The notes under the pieces: generated by a model | Database searches by the model: none | Told to the model about the DNA's origin: nothing | The model's input: the letters and a program-made list of their open reading frames with translations, nothing else | Translations under genes and position numbers: made by a program | Assembly (NCBI RefSeq): GCF_947568905.1 | Contig: NC_079170.1 | Location: 22,444,001-22,508,000, forward strand | Length of the DNA: 64,000 nucleotides | Reading direction: 5' to 3' | Source: Ostrea edulis | Taxonomy: Eukaryota | In this document: positions 23,683 through 36,413 of the stretch, piece after piece | How positions within the stretch are numbered: position 1 is the stretch's first letter | Layout of the letters: each line of letters begins with the position of its first letter

Positions 23683-24349
23683 TAGATATTTGATTTTATG
23701 TTGAGAATAGAAAATCAAAACAAGAGAAAAGAATTGTTTTTAAAAAAAATCAAAGCCGGCTGTGATTCTATGATATATACAACTTGTGCTGTACAATGAC
23801 AATGTGAGCATGTAGGTAAAAACTAATTACAGAATGTAAATATCTTATCACCGTAAACGAAAAATGTCCTCAGACCAAACCTCCTGCTTACAAATATTTC
23901 AAACCTAGCTCCATCACTGGATTTTATATATCAGCACTTAAAAATTTATTAAGATTAGGTATAGATGGTTTTAAATACCCCCCCCCCCCACCAAGCTGAA
24001 ATAGAATATTTTTCTCAGATAATATTACAATTCAATGCTTTGATTTCAATAACCTTATGATTATCAACAAACTATCAATTTATTCGTTTGCAAGTCTTAA
24101 ATCTACTGATAATTGATGATAATTTGAAAATAACATGATTTTTGTTATTTCATCGGAGTGGTTGCCATGGAAACACTTTGGTGGAATTTTTTGACTCATT
24201 TATTTAACTTCATTACTATCTAAAAGGTATTATAAAACAAAATACTGCAAAATAATTTTTTCATAGTTTTCGTAAATATCACTCCGATGATTGATGGTTC
24301 GTGTTATTGTCTGTTAAAAGGAGAATTTTGCTGACATTAGTAATTGAAA

Positions 24350-24470
24350 AAAACCCAGTTGTGACAAGATACCTCCCTGTTCAAACATAGTCCTAAATTT
24401 TGCAGACATTCACGGACAGTTGTGACGTCTCCATATGAGTGGAAAATTATTAGTAAACAATATACAACCA
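24350..24470 (+). mobile_element. Degenerate 3' part of the SINE-like element
   Basis: CCTAAATTTTGCAG...GTGACGTCTCCATATGAGTG...AAACAATATACAACC matches the reverse complement of 16200-16330. Confidence 0.6.
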
Positions 24471-24499
24471 AAAAATGCTGATGTATTTTATACCAATTG

Positions 24500-24629
24500 T
24501 TAGGTCGTTCGTGACACACTGATTTTGACTACGGATTATTCTATTTACCTGATCAAGATATAGGGTTTTTGGTGGATGTGACAGGTCAACAGGGGCTGCT
24601 TACTCCTCATACGCGCCTGATCCCACCTC
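24500..24629 (+). mobile_element. 3'-UTR fragment of the Penelope-like element
   Basis: CACACTGATTTTGACTACGGAT...CTGATCCCACCTC matches the reverse complement of ~27995-28120. Confidence 0.7.
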
Positions 24630-25279
24630 AGAAGAAGAAACAGAGTAAAAACAATATGTTCGCAAACTTCGTTTGCGGAAATTAATAAGCTTACCTCATA
24701 ATGATCATATGTAGAATGTATTCGAAATTGATGAAAATAGTTCATTTAAATACTTTTAAATGTAATCATTCAATGTTATCAATCCTAGCAGACTATCGTT
24801 ATGTAAATTGTGGATAAGCTGTCAACGTCATAAAACAATAAACATTTGTTCCAGAGATGTTGCGGGGTTTGTTAAATTATATGCTAGCAATTCAAGTGTG
24901 ACTCGAGTGGTACTTGTGCAACAAACTTGTGGGTTTTGAAGGAGATGGCTATAAATCATTTATCAGTGATGTGTGCAGCAGCTGTATCATATAAATTCTC
25001 TATTTAAATAATGAAACTCTGGGTTAGGTGTATCCTTATATAAATGGCATTTAAGAATTAGATTAATATTTACTTTTCCTCAAAACAATGTTACGACACA
25101 ACACCACTCAGAGGAACATCAAAAACCAATAAGTGAAATGACAGTATCAGTCAGGACAAAGTTACATAGCAATATTATAAGTGTATGTCTCAATAATCTT
25201 TTATATGTTCTCAAATTATTCCAAACAAATTCTCATTCATATGACACAATATTAGAAACACCTATCATCATATCGTATC

Positions 25280-25525
25280 AATGTAAAATTTATACGGTAC
25301 CAATTTTGATGCACCAGATGCGCATTTCGACAAATAATGTCTCTTCAGTGATGCTCAACCGAAATGTTTGAAATCCGAAATAACTATGAAGTATTAGAGC
25401 TAAATATAGCCAAAACAGCGTGCCAAAAAAGTGGAGCCAAATTCGTCCAAGGATAAGAGCTATGCATGAGGGAGATAATCCTTAATTTTGAAATGAATTT
25501 CTAAATTTTATAACAGCAATCAAAT
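25280..25525 (-). mobile_element. 5'-truncated copy of the hammerhead repeat (core at 25308-25348)
   Basis: Reverse complement of ~3290-3532 with the hammerhead core intact and the same 3' end (...TTTTACATT). Confidence 0.7.
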
Positions 25526-27000
25526 TCAATTGTTTTTCTCGACAACTTCAAACAATTCTAAATCATTTGATGAATTCTCATGTATATGCCTCACAGCATT
25601 CCAATGTTCTCAAATGATTCTAAAGGTATTCTTATTCGCATGATGAAATCTAAGAAATATATATATCATTATCTGAATCAAATCTAAATGTATAACCTTA
25701 TTATATCTCACATTCTAAAAGATTGTTACATAATGTATCTTGGTTTTTTAAAATTGTTTATAATTTCTAATCTACTTGTATTACACCTCTTAAACATGCG
25801 AAAATGCTTTTTCGTTTCTCAAGCAATTTCTTAATTATGTCTATAACTGATATTATAAATGAAATCAATCCATTGTGCCCTAAGTGAGGATTAAGCCCTT
25901 TTCGCACCTACTGTACATTACTAATATCTATATATGTTATGTAATATTATGTAACAATAACTCCTTTTTTATATGACATAAAACCTGGTATTTAAGGTGT
26001 TCTGGCCTCTAGTAGCGTAACATAGGGTAAACGATGACCTCTTGTGTGTAGAAATGAAATACCTCTAGCTCTGGGTTTTTAAAAAAAATATGTTTGTTTA
26101 CATAAAATATTGAAATCAAAGTTCTAAATAAGAATAGCATCGGATCCAATACGTTTCCCTGTTCCTAATCATACATGTACAAAAATATACTATATAACAT
26201 TATTTTCTGTCATAATAATTATTACATTCACATCTTTTTGTAATTACTGCGTGCTTCAAATGTGTTCAATCCGGGGGGCCCTGGCACTCTAAATAATCTA
26301 GGCGAGGATTAAAATGGGGTGTCAGCGGAGACTTTACCACGACCAGTCAATCTGTTACTTGATAATTAAAAAACAAAAAAGAAGGTTTAAATCTAAATAA
26401 TTTTGAATGCTTTCAAATAATTCCAAAACAATGTTGTGATTATCATTAATTTCTATGCATGTTAAATTTTATATTGGTTTTGAAAGTAAATTGTATCAAA
26501 ATCACATAACGTTATCGATCTCTATATGAAAAGTTTGGGTCTAAATATGCTTGCGTAGAATTATAATACAATACCAGTAAAATTGGATACATTTTGTTCA
26601 ATAGTTTAATAGAAAACAACGTTTACAGGCCTCATCACTGTTTTCACTTTCTTATCAATACAATGAATACATGTACGGTGTATGATAATGTGACATATCA
26701 ACAGACGTAGATTCAATCCATGTACACTCAACAGTTGATAATGTTAATAGGTATTCAGTAGTCTATTTCATCAGTCTCGCTTTCCCCAGTCTCTCGCGAC
26801 TTTGCACGAACGAGAGTCTGAAACGATTCCTATTAATTACTAGCAATAACAAATGGCAGTAGTCCGTTATGGACTGGATCGACTTCTTTTCGTTTCTTAC
26901 TTTTTAGGGTGTGGGGGAAAATTCATTATGCATGTAGCTGCTCGCTAATACATCTGTCAACGCTGGATTGCAAGACTATTGTAAACCGCTAATTGAATCC

Positions 27001-27363
27001 TAAGTTTTGCATTATGACCCCTGGGTCGAGGCCTCTGCTGGTGGACTGTTAGTCCCCGAGTGTCTCTACAGCCCAGTAGCCAAGTACTTCGTTACTAGTT
27101 TGAAAATACGGATGTATATTTAATTGCTGTTATAAAATTTAGAAATTCATTTCAAAATTAAGGATTATATCCCTCATCCATAGCTCTTATCCTTAGACGA
27201 ATTTGACTCCACTTTTTTGGCAAACTGTTTTTCCCTATAATACCTCTAAAACTTCATTGTTATTTCGGATTTCAAACATTTCGGTTGAGCATCACTGAAG
27301 AGACATTACTTATCGAAATGCGCATCTGGTGTATCAAATTTGGTACCGTATAAGGTTTACATT
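27001..27363 (+). mobile_element. Copy of the hammerhead repeat (core at 27295-27335)
   Basis: Colinear with 3168-3532. Short terminal redundancy TAAGTTTTGCATT / TAAGGTTTACATT (period 350). Stem II carries a mismatch (GAC...ATC). Confidence 0.7.
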
Positions 27364-27719
27364 AAAAAGACAACCAGTGATTTGTTACACAAGATTAATA
27401 GGGATTTAAAATAATATATGTAGCTAAGATATTTTTTCTTGAATTAGGCAAATACATTAATTTCATCAAAATCAAAATTTCTGGAATTTCTTTACAAGAT
27501 GTATCATAAATTGACTGTTTGTATAAAATTTTACAAAGTGTTTCACAATAATCTTGTAATTTCGGCATTATGATAGCAATACCTATGGACAGAGAATGGG
27601 AAGAATAAGATACGTGAATGATTTGCCAGAAGGACTTAACGCAACTGTAAGACGATTTGCGGACGAAACTATACATGTAGTTTATTGTACAGTTACTTCA
27701 TGCAGACGCCGGTACACTC

Positions 27720-27890
27720 CAGTCAGACTTGGGCAACCTTGGAAAGTGGGAGAAGTTATGTAAGACGGAGTTCCATCCTGGTAAATGTAATGTGTTTACC
27801 ATCAGCAGACGAACTGACACCATACGTCATCTATTCACGCTACATGGACATAAACTGGAATCCTTGGAAAGTGTAAAGTACTTAGACAGC
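27720..27890 (+). mobile_element. CR1/L2-like LINE remnant, part 1
   Basis: LGKWEKLCKTEFHPGKCNV...LHGHKLESLESVKYL is typical of the post-RT region. It continues at 30085 after the Penelope insertion. Confidence 0.7.
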
Positions 27891-27899
27891 CTTATAACA

Positions 27900-30060
27900 T
27901 GCAAGGTGAAGATAACGAACAGTGATCAATCTCATAACTCCTACAAGCAATACAAAATAGATAGTTGGGCAAACACGGACCCTTGGACAAACCAGAGGTG
28001 GGATCAGGTGCCTAGGAGGAGTAAGAATCCCCTGTTGACCGGTCACACCCGCCGTGAGCCCATATCCTGATCAGGTAAACAGAGTTATCCGCAGTCAAAA
28101 TCAATGTGCCAGAACGGCTTAACAATCGGTATGAAACACATCAGACAGCATTTGACCCAATGCGAGGTTGTATTGACGAACTAGATCGTTATAACGACCA
28201 TAGCATTTGCGAAATGCTGACTTCAATCGAGACTGTTGAAATCCCTGTACCATCAACTTGTTTGTCAGTAGCTTACCTCGATTTAAAAACTGACTATACC
28301 CAGAACAAGGTCTTGCATATCGAATCAGTTGAGATATATAAACACCATATGCAGGTGATAATGGAACATTGCTACATAAATGTGGGAAGTTGACGATGGA
28401 GAAGCTGAAATCATCCCGTTTGTCATACAGTTGAGTTGTCAGTTTGCCGTTAATGTCTACTTTCAATAAAATATCTAAGTATGAAGCAGAAGTGGACGAC
28501 TCTGTGGTGTCCTTTATTTCGAGCTCACAGGGATATATCAAATCGACATATGCATGAAAGCTATCATTGTTAATAGACAAAACGTCATCGATATATTTAA
28601 AAGTCGAATTGAAGGTCACAGCGAGAGTTTGTCTTCTCACATAGAAGTTTTTGAATAAATTCTGCTTCATATGAATATAAAAACAGGTCAGCTAACAAAG
28701 GAGCACAATTCGTGCCCATGGGAATTCCAACAGACTGTTGGAAGACCTGATTACCAAAGACCACGAAGATATTGTGAATGAGGAACTCTAGCATATATTT
28801 TATTTCAACTTCAGAGTACTTGTGCGTGGAATCAGAGTGGTGTTTACCAAAGTAAGTTTTTGAATGACTGATCACTAGATATGAATATTTCCGTTTTCCA
28901 TTTTTGTTGAAGAAGCAACTGTCTATGATGTCAAAAAGTCTAGTCTTTAATTTATCGTGAGGAATGGTCGTGTATAGTGTTGAAAAGTCATAGGTTTTAA
29001 TGCTATTGATTTGGGGAAAATTCTGTGATTTCAAGTTTACTAAAAGTTCTTTAGAATTTTTTAGAATCCACATTTGATTAACACCACTTCTGGAATATGT
29101 AGTCGCACAGTAAGTTTGAAGTTTCTCCTTCACAGCTGTTAACATTTTCGTGAGGATCAAAGATAGGGGCTTGGTAGAGCACTTACTGGATCCAGCAATG
29201 TATCTTTGTTTGCAAGGGTTTTTATGTAGTTTAGGAATCCAGTATAGGTACGGTAACTCATATTCATTCGACCCATTGACTGGAATATTAAATGTGTCTA
29301 AACTTGAAGCATGGTTTTGAAGAATTTCGTCTTTTGAAAGGGCAGTTGGAGTATAAGTATGATTACCAAAAGTGGAATTAATGCCAAGTTCGTTTAAAAT
29401 ACAGTTGTAATAATGAGCCTTACAAACAAAGACAATGTTGTTACTAGCTTTGTCAGCTGGAACCAAAACATATTCCTCATGTAACCTATCTAATTCTTTT
29501 ATCACTTCTGGTTTACTAAACACAGAAGGATAGATGGTACGTACTTTTGTTTTCATGTGTCTAATGCGGGATTTTAATATCCCTCTTATGCTTTTAACCC
29601 ATTCTGACAATGTATCAAGTTCTTCTTTTTCATATTTACCCCATCGTCTGGCATAATCTTCGACAGAACTCATAATAGAGATGAAGTTCTGTCGCCAATT
29701 AAAAGACCGAGGTTCTCTGTATTTAGGACCTTTAATAATAAGTGATTTGAGGTCCTCATTTTCAACTATATCAACATCACCAGTAATGACATGTCCAGCT
29801 GGACTGTAGTTGAAAGAAGATGAAGAACAAGAACATGTTGGTGGATTACGTATAAGATGATCTATATCTAAGCACTGCAAAGTTTGTTTATAATTAAAAA
29901 GTTTGGATGCAATAGTAGAAGTATAGCTGTAGGAAATACAGGGTGTAGACTTGAACTTGAAATAAGTTGGAATACATGACTGAACCCTTTTATGACGAAG
30001 AATGTTGCTGAAGTGGAGCGACCATAAAGATACAATATGTGGTAAAGCTAATACAATCTT
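27900..30060 (-). mobile_element. Penelope-like retroelement, 5'-truncated, with near-complete RT and 3' UTR
   Basis: WIPKLHK, YDFSTLYTTIPH, GIPMGTNCAPLLADLFL, YIDDVL and DFSFSIVNFP...AYGVYISQLIRY. No endonuclease domain is seen in the retained part. Confidence 0.85.
28119..30040 (-). pseudogene. Penelope-like reverse transcriptase with one frameshift near 28640
   Basis: ORFs 28597-29880 and 28119-28670 overlap and join into one RT. The N-terminal LRHKRVQSCIPTYFKFKSTPCISY segment reads upstream of 29880. Confidence 0.85.
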
Positions 30061-30084
30061 AGGTTTATTATATCCTATATCAGT

Positions 30085-30560
30085 TCAACATCTATCAACG
30101 AGAACGCTTACAAATCATTAATAAGACCCCTGGTTGAATGTGCTTCATCAGTTTGGGATCCATATCATCATAAAGACATCCACAGACTCGTCATGAAGAA
30201 GAGCAGCCCGTTATGTTAGCTACAGGTATGAGAACTGGTCTAGCGTGGATAGTATGATAGAACATATCGACTGAACACCACTAGAACATCGTCATAGACA
30301 CGCCAAACTCACCACACTATATAAAATCATAAACAATGAAATTCTTATTGACAAGAGCGATAGACTTCATAACATCCTTGCGCAAGATCAGGCGGCATTC
30401 TCACCATCTCGCCTTCCAAATTCCATCAGGCAATGCTTCCTATCGCAAATTCTCATTTTCCCCACGTTCCATCAGGGAATGAAACGCATTACCATCAGGG
30501 ATTGTCTCTTTCAAAAACACTTCAAACCTTCAGGGAGCAGGTATCCAAACAAAACTTTTG
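30085..30560 (+). mobile_element. CR1/L2-like LINE remnant, part 2 (3' end)
   Basis: AYKSLIRPLVECASSVWDPY...RRAARYV...TLYKIINNE and a FSFFPRS-like motif, with stops. Confidence 0.75.
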
Positions 30561-31322
30561 AAAAGTGGGTTTCTTTTTAACTTTCATTTAACGTATATTT
30601 TTTGGATCTGAAATCACTAATTTTAAAAGTCATCTGGATTGCATGCATCGTAGTGCACTATAACATAACTGTACCAATTGGTTTTTATGATCACAAAGGG
30701 TATCGTTTTTCGAGTTCAAATAAATATTCTTCTATTTCGGTAATATTATTATCTTTAAATTTTCATATTTCTGCGGCCTGAGACAAAGCCCTTTCTTGGC
30801 CCTTTCTTGGTAAGAACGGTTTCTGTATAATCCCGGGGTCTCCAGTATTGACAGATGTCAACACAAGGTATTCACCTACAGTGGCTCAATTTCCGTCGGT
30901 TTTCATTTGTAACATGAATTTCATGGAGATTGTCTTGCATTAGTTGGATAAACAATTCAACTGATTCTGAATTTTACAACATTTTATTACAGATACCGGA
31001 GAAATGCAATGTGCGATTCTTTGTTCATACAATAACATTCAAATCCAATCAGAATCTATCCTGACGTGTAGGTAAACCTCTTTTATACCGCGTCAAAGGT
31101 GTTATTATTAAAAATATCATTCGGGAGTTAAGCCACTATACATTGTATTTATGTATACTATTTTTTGTATGATTTTTCATTAGCGCTTGAAATCAACTTT
31201 CAAATATACTGGTGAGCCTCCATAAAATCGGTTAGATGAGAGGTCCAATGTTTACATCAAGTTCTACGGAAAATGAACTGGTACTCCTTTCCCTGTGTTG
31301 TTACCAAGGACATATTGTAATA

Positions 31323-32214
31323 TTTAGCTCACATGCGCTAAAAATCTCAAGTGAGCCATTCTGATCACTCTTTGTCCGGCGTCAGACCGTCTCTCTTTAA
31401 ACATTTAACCTTTTCGACTTGTTCTCTGAGGGCTAATTTCAACCAAACATACCACAATGCATGTTTAGGTAAAGAGGATTCAAGTTTGTTCAAATTAAAT
31501 GCCACACCCATTTTGAAGTGGAGACCATCCAGAATTAGAAAAACATATCGAATCTTTTTTTTTAAAAATCTTCCTAAGAATCACTATGCCAATTTTAATT
31601 GAAATTGGCACAAATCATTCTTCGGTGAAGGAGGTTCAATTTGTTTAAATGAGGGGCTATTGTCCCTCCAAAGGAGAGAAAATCAAGAAACCGCGAGAAT
31701 AGGCTGGGGTCATTTAAAATCTTCTGAAGAACCACTAGGACAGAAAAATTTGTATGCATGCTTTTTGACGTATATTCAAGTTTGTTCAAATCATGGTCCC
31801 AGGGGTAGGATCGGGCCACAGTAAGGGATCAAAGTTTTCCATAGTGATATATAGGATAAATCTTTTTAATTCTTTGTGAAACCTAATTAAACACATTAGA
31901 CAGTCGATTTTGATTATTAGAATTGAAAACCAAAATTTAAGGGAAAATCGTGAATCGATGCAAGCATCGAGATTAATCTGATGTAGTTCAGATTCAAATT
32001 TAATCCAATTGTGGTCCCCGGGGATAAAAGTTATATCTGGGAATATATAAGGATACATCTTTCAAAATTTCATACCATGATTTATTTATCTTGTGACATT
32101 TTGTCATGGTTTCTAGTGTGGCCCTATGGGGTTAGGTTTTAAAAATCACAACATCTTAACAACAGCAGAGCCAAGGTGACCCATGTTAACAATGTGGCCC
32201 ATGAGCCTCTTGTT
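31323..32214 (+). mobile_element. Helentron-associated non-autonomous element (HINE-like)
   Basis: 5' TTTAGCTCAC...CTCAAGTGAGC hairpin, central satellite-like units, and a 3' end GTGGCCCATGAGCCTCTTGTT. A truncated counterpart lies at ~13370-13725. Confidence 0.6.
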
Positions 32215-32385
32215 GCATCTACATCAGCCAGTAAATTCCAGAATTACAATATGACACCAAGCTAACTCTCTCAGAAGGCAGAGTTACATTAGTAGGGACT
32301 ACAGTCAAATCGCCAACATGTACTGAATAATAACAAACATACCACAACAATGAATTCAGAAGTAATGAAATCTTTTATTTATGTT

Positions 32386-33319
32386 TTACAACCGAAACCC
32401 AGAGAAGGAGCATCTATCCTGATAAGCGTACGTAGTCTTTCCAGAGTCCCGAGCCCTTATCCAGACTTTATCATTCTTCTCCATATTTATGATAGCTGTT
32501 GCGGATGCTGTTTCGTAATTGCTATACCTAGCTCCATTTACATGGTTAAAACCAACCATTCTACCGTTGATGACAATATCTGTGCTGAAATGGTTTTTAG
32601 CAATGGTTGCGATGGTCCATGTAAAGGAGTAGATCCCACTTTCGGGCGCTGTGAACTTTCCTGTCCTGGTGTCATAACCTCTTCCGGTATTTAGCGTTAC
32701 TTTCCCGAACACAACAACTGTATAGAGTGCCACATTTCGTAGAGCACTTGATGTTCGTGCATGGAATGCGATGATACCTGTAGGAATAACGGTCTTAAGT
32801 TAATGATACTACTTCAATCAATGTAATGACGATTTTTAACTATTTCGAAAAACACATACTCTAATATAAACCACATTGAAACATACAGAGATTTTTGGAA
32901 CCATAGGTAGCACAATTAAGGAATTTACAAATGAACTTAAGAGAATCTTGATGATATTTTCACGATTGAAACACATCCACACACAGAGAGATATATATCC
33001 TTATAAATAGTACCTAAACAAATATCGCACACCATGAAAAACGACAAATATTGTTAATCTACATTGTTAGCAAGAATTATACACTGGTGTTTATATTCCT
33101 CTGTGTGTAAACATTTCACGTCCTACCGTTTCTTTTACAGCCTTTGTCATCAAATCCCATCTTTCTACAAATAGTCCTTTGTTCGTCATATTTCCCAATG
33201 AAATCCAGATTATCTCTCTTTGTATGCACGTCAATCGGCATGATGAGGAATACGATGAAAATCACTTTGTGTGGTGAGACCCTAGTATACAGGAAAGTAT
33301 GAACATATTCACATGGCTA

Positions 33320-33371
<52 letters not shown>

Positions 33372-33531
33372 CAAGCAAGCAAGCAAGCAAGCAAATGAAT
33401 GAAAACTGTTTGTCTCAAGAAAATGAATTTACTGTTAATGATATCGACGTTATTGAATGAATTTTCGTCAAACACATAAGACTACATTGTACTTACATTA
33501 TTGCTCCTAAACCTGCTGAATGGCGCAACAT
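32386..33531 (-). CDS. Secreted C1qDC protein paralog B, 193 aa, 3 coding exons
   Basis: Exons 33497-33531, 33127-33281 and 32386-32777, with the same sizes (35/155/392) and phases as paralog A and an intact frame. Confidence 0.9.
33322..33392 (+). repeat. Compound (CT)n(AAGC)n microsatellite in C1qDC-B intron 1
   Basis: Directly visible. The paralog has only a shorter (CT)n at ~14827-14851. Confidence 0.95.
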
Positions 33532-34650
33532 GTACAAATTTAATTCAATACTGTTTTTACGAGATGTACTGGTGCTTATATATATAAACGTAGAGGTAAA
33601 CATATGCGCTCTCTCATTAAAAAGTAATACTAGTAGATACATGTTGTAGATCATAATTGATTTTCATCTTGAATTCTCGTCTAATAGAATGTTGAATAAA
33701 ATGATATTAAGTACAAAAAATAACTAGATACGTTTACTATGACACAAGCAAAATAAGATTTGCCAAGACTTTCACTACGTGCAACTTTAAGTATGTAACT
33801 CTAATTAATTTTATCGATCGTCATTGGTACTTGGCTATTCAGATGAAAGATATACTCCAATTGCAAGAAAAATGAATTGATTTACCTCTCCCCGCCAATG
33901 TAATATTTGTTGAAAGGAATTCTACCCCTTCTTAATATAATGAACTCTCCTGGAAACTAGGAGGGCTAGTTTGTTCGTTTTAAAGTCACCTGAGTATACC
34001 CAGATGAATTATTGCTATCTGCTTTATTAGTGCGTTAACATTTGAACATTTTCAAAATAGGTATCATGTCAATCTGTACGAAACTGACATGTGGAATTAT
34101 TGTGGTGAGTGGAATAAAAACTATGAATGTTGTGTGCGTTGCTCCCTTGGGATCTGATGGGAGGGGCCAAAACCTTAAAAAAAATCTATGATGCAATCTT
34201 GACAAATTCTTTGAAACTTTGTCGACAAAATGCAACAGTGCAACACTTTGTATGCGAACAATAAAAATATATAGGATAAATTTTCCACCTTTTTCCTAAA
34301 GGCATTGTTTACAACATTTCATAACCCATTTCCGTAAACATTTCATAGCATTATTTTCATAGCACTCCATAGACTCCGGTATTTAGATGGGATTTAAGAA
34401 AATCAATACTGCAAATGACCACTATTTGCATTCACACTAGTTGACAATCGACATGTGATTCATGTCACAAAGGATGCTATTCCGATGTTGGTTTAATTAT
34501 TGCCTAGAACTAACGTCACTGGCAAATTTGATAAGCAACGTAAACGTTTCTCAAATTCATTCCAGATATGTCGAGTGGTAATAAATCGGGATAAATCAGC
34601 TGTTCAAGACAAGACGTACACAACATCATTCTGCTGAGTAAGAACATCCC

Positions 34651-35074
34651 TAGCCTGGTACCTGAGGCCTTCCGATGTTCAAAGAACGAAGGCCAGGTAT
34701 CGGATGTCGAATGGATTCTTCCACTGATCAAAATCCAATATGGCGGACTCAATGGTAAGTAATGGGAATGTACGTAAATGAGCGTATCATGGCTTAATTA
34801 GCTGTGTCACTTTCGATTTTATGTCATTAGTTACCAGAGAGAGACCTTAGGAAATGTATAACACTTGGTTTTCCATGTGACACGCTTGTTTGATATAGTC
34901 TTATCCCTTTGTTTTCAAGTAAGTAGGTGATTCATCAACTCGCTCATTTACGTACATTCCCATTACTTACCATTGAGTCCGCCATATTGGATTTTGATCA
35001 GTGGAAGAATCCATTCTACATCCGATACCTGGCCTTCGTTCTTTGAACATCAGAAGGCCTCGGGTACCAGACTA
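34651..35074. mobile_element. MITE with 134-bp TIRs and a 9-bp TSD (Mutator-like)
   Basis: Arms 34651-34784 and 34941-35074; TSD GAACATCCC at 34642-34650 and 35075-35083. Confidence 0.85.
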
Positions 35075-35145
35075 GAACATCCCTGACTACAAGCGCGATA
35101 TCTGTTTTTGCATTGTGTGTCCTGCATTGAGATGCGATTTAAATC

Positions 35146-35322
35146 CAGTGGCGTAACAAGATTTGAAATATTTGTAAGCGGGGGGTCTAGGGGGCGGCAG
35201 CCCCCCCCCCCCCCCCCCCCCACCCCCCAGAAGCTGAGGACATTTTTCGTAATATGTAATGAAATTTAACGAAAATATTTGTAAGCACGTGCCTACAGTG
35301 CGACTGTGTAGCTACGCCACTG
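35146..35322. mobile_element. MITE with CAGTGGCGTA(A/G)C TIRs (hAT-like)
   Basis: Starts CAGTGGCGTAAC and ends GCTACGCCACTG; flanks AAATC/GAATC (4 of 5 match). Confidence 0.75.
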
Positions 35323-36298
35323 GAATCATTTCCTTGGAGATGACGTACACCTCTCAATTTTCCATTAACAATCTGTAGAGAGATCCTTCTACATACAGTG
35401 ATTCCACTCCACAACAGCGCAAACTCCTTCAAGCTGTCCTCCTACACAACACAAGTCCTCTGATACTGTTTCCCATGATCATGATACACTCTGAAACTGC
35501 TGTTCAAGTAAAATTTGGATTCGTCAGTGAAGAGAATACTAGACGTATTGATGTGATGATGTGCTCTTGCAGAAGATTACCTTCAGTTTTCGGACTGAAG
35601 AGTCGAACTCAAGGAATGCTATGAACAGTTTAAAAACGATTTCTGAAGGACGTTACTCTTATGTGGTTTCGCTGTCGGTGTGACATCACACGAGGACGAT
35701 ATGTGCGTGGTGGATCCAGATTGATGAAAACGTCTCCATGAATAATTGGTGTTTCGATGTTCTCTAAAGTATCTTACGATGATGTATTGTGCCATTCCAG
35801 CTTGAAGTATCCTGACAGCTCGATGACGTTGATTTTCGTTGAGTCGAGGCTTGAGAAAACAAAAGTGCTTTCCTTTTTCTCTTCTCTAATCCAAAGGAAG
35901 GGCGAGGAAAAATCATGTAGACACACAATTTAATTTAGGAACGGTGCATGTTCACTAAACGTGAATAACTCCTTGCAATTTTTTTCAGGTTCACACAACA
36001 TTTATTCACATATTGACAGTCAGGGGTTTAACATCATGCTCTTACAAACCCACCTGACTAGGGGATACAGGTATTTTATCTAGCATTTACTCACACATTC
36101 ATTCTAATAGGCACAAATTCAAAGAGAGAAGAAGAGGAAGAGGGTTAGAAAGGAATGAAGTTACTATGGCTTATCATATGTACACTGTAAAAGGTATTGT
36201 TAACTCCATGCATCTTAGTCGAGTACTACCCAATTATCTTCAAACATATTACCATCAATGGTTGTTTACATTTGATAAATATACAGACATTACATTAA

Positions 36299-36380
36299 TG
36301 AAAGGTGAGGATAACGAACAGTGATCAACCATTCTCATAACTCCTATAAGCAATACAAAATAGATAGTTGGGCAAACACG
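36299..36380 (-). mobile_element. 3'-terminal fragment of the Penelope-like element
   Basis: AAAGGTGAGGATAACGAACAGTGATC...GGGCAAACACG matches 27900-27977. Confidence 0.75.
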
Positions 36381-36413
36381 AAATAATATAATACAATTTT
36401 TGTGATACAGTTT

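Larger units (their letters stand above)
15940..23919 (+). mobile_element. 5'-truncated hAT DNA transposon interrupted by a SINE and the BEL/Pao element
   Basis: Transposase remnant at 15940-17630. A putative right terminus ending ...GCTCCATCACTG at 23919 resembles the termini of the MITE at 35146-35322. Confidence 0.65.
31853..34528 (+). repeat. Segmental duplication copy B (paired with 13375-15940)
   Basis: Colinear with copy A; differs mainly by microsatellite length and scattered substitutions. Confidence 0.95.
34403..35800 (-). pseudogene. Tc1/mariner transposase remnant interrupted by two MITEs
   Basis: ILFTDESKF...RVY...LWSGI...IVNGKL, RHIWNEFEKRLR and ANSGHLQY* follow the Tc1 motif order. 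The 3' end is also present in duplication copy A (~15820-15940). Confidence 0.7.
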
